Positions 57,440 to 64,000 of a DNA stretch of 64,000 nt are shown piece by piece (position 1 is the first letter of the stretch; the number at the start of each line of letters is the position of its first letter). The notes under the pieces were generated by a model that was given only the letters and a program-made list of their open reading frames with translations, ran no database searches and had not been told where the DNA came from. The DNA lies in NCBI GenBank assembly GCA_031426915.1, contig JASJPB010000007.1:2996-66995 (forward strand). Direction: 5' to 3'. The position numbers were made by a program, and so were the translations under genes. The stretch comes from Sulfuricellaceae bacterium. Its GTDB lineage: Bacteria; Pseudomonadota; Gammaproteobacteria; Burkholderiales; Sulfuricellaceae.

Positions 57440-58009
57440 ATGGACACCCGCAACATGCCGTCCTCGCCCAGGGCCAACCGCCGCCTCGCCGTCAGGCTGG
57501 GGGTGGCGGCACTCGCCATGTTCGGCTTCGGCTTCGCGCTGGTGCCGCTGTACGACGTGTTTTGCCAGGTGACCGGATTCAACGGCAAGACCGGTGGGGC
57601 GGTGCAGACGGCCGGCAACAGCGTCGATGCTTCGCGCTGGGTGATGGTGGAATTCAACGGCGACGTCATGCCCGGCCTGCCGTGGCGCTTCGAGCCGCGC
57701 CAGCACAGGCTGCGGGTGCATCCCGGCGAGCGCGTGACGGCCTGGTTCACGGTAAAAAATGTGGCCGACCGGCCCCTCATCGGGCGGGCGGTGCCCAGCG
57801 TGACGCCCGCAATTGCCGCCAGCCATTTCAGGAAAATCGAGTGCTTCTGCTTCAGCCAGCAGCGCCTGGCGGCGGGGGAGCAAAAGGAAATGCCGGTGAC
57901 CTTCGTGGTGGCCCGTGAATTGCCCGCCGAGGTGGGCGTGCTGACGCTTTCCTACGCCTTCTTCCCCAACGAAAAAACAGTCCTGGCCCTGGGAGGTGAC
58001 AAGATATGA
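57440..58009 (+). CDS. ctaG: Cox11/CtaG copper chaperone
   Basis: PLYDVFCQVTG, KIECFCF. Confidence 0.95.
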   Translation: MDTRNMPSSPRANRRLAVRLGVAALAMFGFGFALVPLYDVFCQVTGFNGKTGGAVQTAGNSVDASRWVMVEFNGDVMPGLPWRFEPRQHRLRVHPGERVTAWFTVKNVADRPLIGRAVPSVTPAIAASHFRKIECFCFSQQRLAAGEQKEMPVTFVVARELPAEVGVLTLSYAFFPNEKTVLALGGDKI

Positions 58010-58845
58010 GCGAATTGCGCGAGGACTATTACGTGCCCCATTCCAGCCCCTATCCCGCGCTGCTTTCGGGGGGACTGTTCCTGCTGGCGCTCGGCTTCAT
58101 CCTGCAGATGAATGGCCAGTCCCCGGGCCGGTGGCTGATGCTGGCCGGGGCGGGGGTGGTGGTGTTCGTCCTGTTCGGCTGGTTCGGTACCGTGGTGACG
58201 GAGAACCAGGGCAGGAAATTCCACGACTGGGAAGACCGCTCTTTCCGCTGGGGCATGGTCTGGTTCATTGCCTCGGAAGTCATGTTCTTTGCCGCCTTTT
58301 TCGGCGCCCTGTATTACCTGCGCAACGTGTCCGTCCCGGAGCTGGGGCAGACCGAGCTGCTGTGGCCGGGCTACCAGGGAACCTGGCCCACCAGCGGCCC
58401 CGCCGGCAAGGCGTTCACCCCCATGGCGGCGTGGGGCATCCCGGCGCTGAACACCATGATCCTTCTCACCTCCGGCGCCACCGTCACCTGGGCGCACTGG
58501 GCGCTGCTCAAGAACCGTCGCGGCCAGCTCATCGCCGGGCTGGCCATGACCGTCGCGCTGGGCTGCCTGTTTCTCGGCTTCCAGGCCCATGAATACGCCG
58601 ACGCCTACGGCCAGCTCGGGCTGACCCTGGGCGCGGGCGTGTACGGCGCCACCTTCTTCATGCTCACCGGTTTTCACGGCCTCCACGTCACCATCGGCGC
58701 CATCGGCCTGACGGCGGTGCTGGCGCGATCGATCAAGGGGCACTTCACCCCGGAAGACCATTTCGGTTTCGAGGGCGTGGCCTGGTACTGGCACTTCGTG
58801 GACGTGGTGTGGCTGGTGCTGTTCGTGTTCGTGTATTGGTTCTAA
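58006..58845 (+). CDS. coxC: Cytochrome c oxidase subunit III
   Basis: ASEVMFFAAFF, TGFHGLHV, YWHFVDVVW. Confidence 0.97.
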   Translation: MSELREDYYVPHSSPYPALLSGGLFLLALGFILQMNGQSPGRWLMLAGAGVVVFVLFGWFGTVVTENQGRKFHDWEDRSFRWGMVWFIASEVMFFAAFFGALYYLRNVSVPELGQTELLWPGYQGTWPTSGPAGKAFTPMAAWGIPALNTMILLTSGATVTWAHWALLKNRRGQLIAGLAMTVALGCLFLGFQAHEYADAYGQLGLTLGAGVYGATFFMLTGFHGLHVTIGAIGLTAVLARSIKGHFTPEDHFGFEGVAWYWHFVDVVWLVLFVFVYWF

Positions 58846-58860
58846 CCCACCCTACATCAG

Positions 58861-59055
58861 TCAGAAGGGGCGGATCAGGCCGAAGTAATAGCCCGCCATG
58901 AGCACGGCGAACAGCAAGGCGGAAAGGGAAATGCGCAGAGTCAGCGCCCTGGCGGCGCGCTCGCTGCGGCCCTTGTCGCGAGCGATGAAGATGAGGGCGG
59001 AAAACAGGCTGGCGATGACGAGGGCAAGCAGGATGAGCACGACGATCTTGAACAT
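58861..59055 (-). CDS. Twin-TM small protein (DUF2909/HIG1-like)
   Basis: Two TM helices; RALTLRISLS; usual antisense position after coxC. Confidence 0.85.
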   Translation of the reverse strand: MFKIVVLILLALVIASLFSALIFIARDKGRSERAARALTLRISLSALLFAVLMAGYYFGLIRPF

Positions 59056-59110
59056 GGCGACTCCTTTTGCTGCGCTAGCTGAAACAGACTCTCAGGTGGA
59101 GTCACTATAA

Positions 59111-59830
59111 ATGAAATTTTCTGTCATGACGACGGCCTTGCGCTTCCGTCCCAAACTGGTGCCGACCCTGGCCACGCTGATGCTGTTGCCGCTGCTGGTG
59201 CAGTTCGGCTTGTGGCAGTGGCACAAGGCGGATGCCAGGCGGCAGTTGCAGCAGCAGATGGATACGCAGGCCAAGTCGCCGCCGCTGATGCTCGGTCCGC
59301 ACCTGGTTTCCGGCGCGGATTTGCGCCACAAGCGGGTGACGCTACGGGGCCGCTATGAGGCCGGGCATCAGATCCTGCTGGACAACCAGGCATACGGGGC
59401 ACAAGTCGGCTATCACGTGGTGACGCCGCTGCGCATCGCGGGCGGCGCGGTGAGGGTTCTTGTCAATCGCGGCTGGGTGCCGCTGGGCAGGAGCCGCGAC
59501 GTGTTGCCCGAGGTGGCTCCGCCCGAGGGCATGGTGGAAGTGAGCGGGACGGTGTGGGAGCCGGCGCGACGCGAGCTGTCCGCCGCGAATCAGGCCGGTC
59601 CGGTGTGGCAGGCGCTCGACCTGGCCGCTTATGGCGCGCAAGTCCCTTACCCGGTGCAGCCGTTCGCCATTCGCCTCGACCCGGCCTCGGCCGGCTGTTA
59701 CGTGTGCCAGTGGCCGCGCGTGGAGGACAAGGTGGCAATGCACCTGGGCTATGCCGCCCAGTGGTTCGGCATGGCCGGGGTGCTGGTGGGGTTTTACGTT
59801 TACGCCAGTTTGGCGAGGACTGATGGCTGA
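59111..59830 (+). CDS. SURF1-family protein
   Basis: FGLWQ, LDNQ, VLVNRGWVP, HLGYAAQWF. Confidence 0.93.
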   Translation: MKFSVMTTALRFRPKLVPTLATLMLLPLLVQFGLWQWHKADARRQLQQQMDTQAKSPPLMLGPHLVSGADLRHKRVTLRGRYEAGHQILLDNQAYGAQVGYHVVTPLRIAGGAVRVLVNRGWVPLGRSRDVLPEVAPPEGMVEVSGTVWEPARRELSAANQAGPVWQALDLAAYGAQVPYPVQPFAIRLDPASAGCYVCQWPRVEDKVAMHLGYAAQWFGMAGVLVGFYVYASLARTDG

Positions 59831-59840
59831 GTGAGGAGGG

Positions 59841-60416
59841 ATGGAGATGAAATCGAAAAGTACCTGGCCTGTTCTGATCCTGCTCGGGGCGCTGTTTGTC
59901 CTGCCGGCGGCGATTGCGGGGGGGATTCTGCTTTCCGGCTGGCGTCCGGCGCCGTCCGCAGCGCATGGCAGGCTGATCTCGCCGCCCTTGCCGCTTGCCG
60001 GGGCGGTGCTGGGGGAGTCCGGGGGCCGGGCGGTCAGGCTGGAAGATTTCCGCGAGCGCTGGACGCTGCTGTATTTCGGCCCGGCGGATTGCGGCGCCGA
60101 TTGCCGCAACCAGTTGTATGCCATGCGCCAGGTGCACCTCGCCCAGGGGCGCGGGCAGGGAAGGGTGCAACGGGTATTCGTGGCTAGGGGCGAGCTTTCG
60201 GCCGAGGCAAAAAGCCGCCTGTCCGACGCGTATCCGGGCATGAGCGTGGTGGCGCAGCGCGGCGATCTCTCCAGGCGGTGGCCGGAGCAGGGCAAGGGAA
60301 GGATTTTCCTGGTCGACCCCATCGGCAACCTGGTCATGCAATACGAGCCCAACGCTGACGCCAGCGGCATGCGTAGCGACCTGGCCCGCTTACTCGCGTA
60401 CTCGTGGGTGGGATGA
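59841..60416 (+). CDS. SCO-like thioredoxin-fold protein of cox clusters
   Basis: N-terminal TM; WTLLYFGPADCGADC; IFLVDPIGNLVMQY. Confidence 0.8.
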   Translation: MEMKSKSTWPVLILLGALFVLPAAIAGGILLSGWRPAPSAAHGRLISPPLPLAGAVLGESGGRAVRLEDFRERWTLLYFGPADCGADCRNQLYAMRQVHLAQGRGQGRVQRVFVARGELSAEAKSRLSDAYPGMSVVAQRGDLSRRWPEQGKGRIFLVDPIGNLVMQYEPNADASGMRSDLARLLAYSWVG

Positions 60417-61378
60417 TGCTATCCCTGACTCGCCTGATCATCGTGACGGCGGCGCTGGCCTGGCTGGTGGTGATGCTGGGGGCCTATGTGCGACTCTCCG
60501 ATGCGGGGCTCGGCTGCCCCGACTGGCCCGGTTGCTACGGCCAACTGGGCGCCCCTTCCAGCGCGCAGGCCGTGCGGGCGGCCGAGGCGGCTTTCCCCGC
60601 GCAGCCGGTGGAAGCGCACAAGGCCTGGAAGGAAATGGCTCATCGTTATGCCGCGGGCACGCTGGGGCTGCTGATCCTGTTCATCTTTCTCCGCGCCTGG
60701 CGCGAAAAAGCCGAGATAAGGTGGCCGGCCGCCGCGCTCCTGGCGCTGGTGCTGTTCCAGGCCCTGCTCGGGCGCTGGACCGTGACCGAACTGCTGCGGC
60801 CCGCCATCGTCAGCGCCCACCTGCTGGGCGGCATGGCCACCCTGGCGCTGCTGGCGTGGCTGGGGCTGGCGCGGCGCGGCGCACGGCCGCATGCGGAAGG
60901 CGTGGGCGGGTTGCGTCTCTGGGCTGGCGCCGCGCTGCTCGTGGTTGCCATGCAAATCGCGCTGGGCGGCTGGACCAGTTCGCACAATGCGGCCCTGATT
61001 TGCGGTGCGGGGCTGAGCTGCCGAGGCGAATGGGTGCCGGCCATGGACTTTGCCGCGGCATTCCTCCCTGATAGCACTGCGGTGTCCCTCGAAGCCCTCA
61101 CCGCCATCCACTGGAGCCACCGCCTCGGTGCACTGGCGGTGGCGTGCGTGGTGGCACCGCTTGCCCTGGTGCTGCTGCGGAGCAGGGGATTGCAAAGCCT
61201 CGGCTGGCTGCTGCTGGCGCTGCTGGCATTGCAGATTGGCCTCGGCCTGGCCAACGTCGCGTTCGGACTGCCGCTGGCCACGGCCGTGGCGCACAACGCG
61301 GTGGCGGCACTGCTGCTCGCCGCGCTGGTGATGGTGAATCATGATTTGTATGATTTGAGAGAAAGGAGCACGCCATGA
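60413..61378 (+). CDS. ctaA: Heme A synthase (COX15/CtaA)
   Basis: [33 protein letters not shown]. Confidence 0.94.
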   Translation: MMLSLTRLIIVTAALAWLVVMLGAYVRLSDAGLGCPDWPGCYGQLGAPSSAQAVRAAEAAFPAQPVEAHKAWKEMAHRYAAGTLGLLILFIFLRAWREKAEIRWPAAALLALVLFQALLGRWTVTELLRPAIVSAHLLGGMATLALLAWLGLARRGARPHAEGVGGLRLWAGAALLVVAMQIALGGWTSSHNAALICGAGLSCRGEWVPAMDFAAAFLPDSTAVSLEALTAIHWSHRLGALAVACVVAPLALVLLRSRGLQSLGWLLLALLALQIGLGLANVAFGLPLATAVAHNAVAALLLAALVMVNHDLYDLRERSTP

Positions 61379-62271
61379 GCACGCTAACTTTGCCGTCTTC
61401 CCGTCCGCTCGCGGACAAGTTGCGCGAGTTCTATGCGCTGTGCAAGCCGCGCGTCACCGGACTGATCGTGTTTACCGCGGTCATCGGCATGGCGCTTGCC
61501 GCGCCGGGCATGGTGCCGCTTCGGGCATTGCTGGCGGGAACGGCGGGCATCGCCATGGCGGCGGGCGCGGCGGCTGCCCTGAACTGCCTGATCGAGCGCA
61601 AGATCGACGCGCTCATGGCGCGTACCCACAACCGGCCCCTCGCCGCCGGGCGGCTGCTTCCCCATGAGGCGCTGGCCTTCGTCGTGCTGCTCGGCGGCAG
61701 CGGTTTGGCGCTGCTGTATTTCCTGGTCAACCCACTTACGATGTACCTCACGCTCGCCACCTTTGTCGGCTACGCCGTGGTTTACACCGTGTTCCTCAAG
61801 CCGGCCACGCCGCTCAACATCGTGATTGGCGGCGCGGCGGGCGCCATGCCGCCGGTGCTGGGCTGGGCGGCGGTAAGCGGAGGCGTGTCGGGAGAAGCGC
61901 TGATCCTGTTCCTCATCATCTTCGCCTGGACCCCACCCCATTTCTGGGCGCTGGCCCTGTATCGGACCACCGACTATGCCAAGGCCGGATTGCCCATGCT
62001 GCCGGTCACCCACGGCAGCGAATTCACCCGCCTGCACATCGTGCTCTATACCGTCCTGCTCGCCACCATCACCCTCATGCCCTACGGCCACGGCATGAGC
62101 GGCCCGCTCTACCTGGGTGCGGCGGTGCTGCTGGACATCGGGTTCCTGTGGCTGGCGGTACGGCTCTACCTGGCCTACAGCGATGCGCTCGCCCAGCGCA
62201 CCTTCCGCTACTCGATCACCTACCTGACCCTGCTGTTCGCCGCGCTGCTGGTCGATCATTACCTGGCCTGA
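61375..62271 (+). CDS. cyoE: Protoheme IX farnesyltransferase
   Basis: [32 protein letters not shown]. Confidence 0.96.
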   Translation: MSTLTLPSSRPLADKLREFYALCKPRVTGLIVFTAVIGMALAAPGMVPLRALLAGTAGIAMAAGAAAALNCLIERKIDALMARTHNRPLAAGRLLPHEALAFVVLLGGSGLALLYFLVNPLTMYLTLATFVGYAVVYTVFLKPATPLNIVIGGAAGAMPPVLGWAAVSGGVSGEALILFLIIFAWTPPHFWALALYRTTDYAKAGLPMLPVTHGSEFTRLHIVLYTVLLATITLMPYGHGMSGPLYLGAAVLLDIGFLWLAVRLYLAYSDALAQRTFRYSITYLTLLFAALLVDHYLA

Positions 62272-62287
62272 CCAAGGGAGAGCAGAA

Positions 62288-62905
62288 ATGAAACGTGAAA
62301 CGGTTTTCTACTGGGTGCTGGGCCTGCTGATCGCGCTGGGGCTGGGCTGCACCGACAGGGGCGGCCCGTCCGGCCCGGCTTACCGGGCCAGCGACGTGAG
62401 CGGCGCCGCCTTCGGCCGGGATTTCCGCCTCGCCGACCACAACGGGCGCATCAGGACGCTGGGCGATTTTCGCGGCAAGGTGGTGTTGCTCAGCTTCGGC
62501 TACACCCGCTGCCCGGATGTCTGCCCCACCACCCTGGCCGAACTGGCGGGCCTGATGGGGCGTCTGGGAGGAGAGGCTGAGCGGGTGCAGGTGCTGTTCG
62601 TGACCCTGGACCCGGAGCGCGACACGCCCGCCCAACTGGCCAAATACATCCCATTTTTTCACCCAGGCTTCCTCGGCCTGCGCGGCGATGCGGCAGCCAC
62701 CGCCGCCACCGCCGGCGAGTTTCGCGTGGCCTATCAGAAGCAGGATACGGGCTCCGCCGCCGGCTACAGCCTGGACCACTCCACCGGGATCTATGCCTTC
62801 GACCCCGACGGCCGCTTGCGCCTGCGCATCGACTACAACTCGCCGCTGGACGACGTGGTTCACGATGTCAGGCTGCTGCTGGGGGGAAAGGCGAGGGCAT
62901 CATGA
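62288..62905 (+). CDS. SCO1/SenC family protein
   Basis: FGYTRCPDVCP, VTLDPERD, YSLDHS. Confidence 0.94.
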   Translation: MKRETVFYWVLGLLIALGLGCTDRGGPSGPAYRASDVSGAAFGRDFRLADHNGRIRTLGDFRGKVVLLSFGYTRCPDVCPTTLAELAGLMGRLGGEAERVQVLFVTLDPERDTPAQLAKYIPFFHPGFLGLRGDAAATAATAGEFRVAYQKQDTGSAAGYSLDHSTGIYAFDPDGRLRLRIDYNSPLDDVVHDVRLLLGGKARAS

Positions 62906-63291
62906 GTAAGGCTCTGGAATTGCACGACTCCCGCGTGAGTTTCATCGATGTCTCGGATGGCCTTGCCACGATTGGTTTTTCCCATGCCTACATCCACAAG
63001 TCGAAGGGGAAGCCGGGGCAAGATCCCGGCACCGGCTGGAGCCAGGAGGCGTGGCTGTACCTGCGCAACGCCTTCATGTCGGGAATTTCGCCGCCGCTGC
63101 CCAATACGATATCCGAGGGATACCTGGAAGTCGGAGGCATCAGGCTTGAACCGCTTCCACTGCCGTTCAAGCGCAAAGTTGGGGCAAGACTTCATCTGGT
63201 GTTCGCCGACGGAAAAACGATCGATATTGTCGGAGAAAAGCCGTTGATCGAGTTGTCGGGCTCGCCGATATTTCTGGAGGATTTTTCCTGA
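62902..63291 (+). CDS. Hypothetical protein (129 aa)
   Basis: Start overlaps the SCO stop (ATGA); no motif recognised. Confidence 0.65.
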   Translation: MSKALELHDSRVSFIDVSDGLATIGFSHAYIHKSKGKPGQDPGTGWSQEAWLYLRNAFMSGISPPLPNTISEGYLEVGGIRLEPLPLPFKRKVGARLHLVFADGKTIDIVGEKPLIELSGSPIFLEDFS

Positions 63292-63370
63292 AGCGGAGCA
63301 CTGCATCGTCAACCCAGGATAAGCTGAAAAAACGGTTAACCACGGGCTGGTTTTAATCTATTTAACGTGC

Positions 63371-63427
63371 GTAGGAGCGAGCTTGCTCGCGATTGCAGGG
63401 CCGTGATCGCGAGCAAGCTCGCTCCTA
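63371..63427. repeat. GTAG-type REP doublet (hairpin)
   Basis: Same 23-bp arms as 9238-9297 with a different spacer. Confidence 0.9.
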
Positions 63428-63466
63428 CAGCAGGTTTCATTGGCTTGGGGTGGCCCTCCGGCACCG

Positions 63467-63751
63467 TTAATTTAATGCTGCCTGCACAGCTTCCGGCGCA
63501 CGCTTGATTACATTGAGCAGAACCAGTGCTGCTCCTTGCGGTGTGCGATCTCCTCGCTCCCAGTGGCGCAAGGTTGCTACGGAAAACCCAAAGCGTGCGG
63601 CGAATTGCTCCTGTGTCATGCCCATGTGCTGGCGCAATTCAGAAACGTTTACCGTTTCCGGTTTGTATATTTTCACGGCAAGCTTCTTGCCCTTGGCGTG
63701 TGCCACGGCTTCGTTCAATCCGCGCGAAATGCTGTCAAAAGTCGTTCCCAT
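63467..63751 (-). CDS. XRE antitoxin (HigA/NadS-like)
   Basis: LRQHMGMTQEQFAARFGFSVATLRHWERG. Confidence 0.9.
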   Translation of the reverse strand: MGTTFDSISRGLNEAVAHAKGKKLAVKIYKPETVNVSELRQHMGMTQEQFAARFGFSVATLRHWERGDRTPQGAALVLLNVIKRAPEAVQAALN

Positions 63752-63754
63752 ATT

Positions 63755-64000
63755 TCACCTCTCTATCCATGTTCCAACCAGAATATTCACCAACTTGGCC
63801 AGCTCGTTGCGTTCTTCCTTGGTCAAGTTGTCCTGCGCATTCTTGGCAAACAGCGTCAACAAATAAAGCGGCATCAACTCGCTGTGGTAGTAATAAATCA
63901 CTCGCACCCCACTACTCTTGCCGCGCCCACCCCGGCCCCATCGCAGTTTACGAACACCGCCTGTTCCTTCAATCAGGTCACCCGATTTCGGATGCGCCGC
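63755..64000 (-). CDS. RelE/HigB toxin (3' part; starts outside window)
   Basis: Manual translation: AAHPKSGDLIEGTGGVRKLRWGRGGRGKSSGVRVIYYY...LLTLFAKN. Confidence 0.92.
   Translation of the reverse strand, partial: AAHPKSGDLIEGTGGVRKLRWGRGGRGKSSGVRVIYYYHSELMPLYLLTLFAKNAQDNLTKEERNELAKLVNILVGTWIER

Noticed and set aside
9238-63427. Repeats considered as a possible CRISPR array
   Set aside because: All repeats are isolated inverted pairs, with no regularly spaced direct repeats and no cas genes.
1-64000. rRNA, tRNA or integrase genes
   Set aside because: None recognised in the window.

Overview
This is a GC-rich bacterial chromosomal window. A betaproteobacterial source is likely, but that is inference from gene style and operon layout. 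In order it contains: a lexA-like/umuD/umuC cassette; a six-gene minus-strand operon joining UDP-sulfoquinovose synthase (SqdB) to a processive GT2, an HlyD-type adaptor, TolC, a TAT-exported TIM-barrel protein and a Zn-finger/degenerate-GGDEF protein; a ~15.5 kb plus-strand operon with a 1705-aa secreted protein, three two-cupredoxin-domain proteins with complementary Cu ligands, a subtilase, SCO and a cytochrome c/solute-binding fusion; a decayed accessory zone (HipBA, RHS fragment, Y1/RAYT-like transposase joining two truncated genes); a redox/stress island; a diguanylate cyclase; a toxin-antitoxin-chaperone triplet; fumC/phhB; a GH15 plus globin-coupled kinase cascade; and a complete caa3-type oxidase cluster. 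The three strongest candidates for undescribed biology are (1) a putative sulfoquinovose-containing exopolysaccharide synthase/export system, (2) a split, probably heterotrimeric multicopper oxidase, and (3) an A-family heme-copper oxidase with an intact D-pathway whose K-pathway residues are all substituted. All family calls come from motif recognition by eye; no database searches were run.
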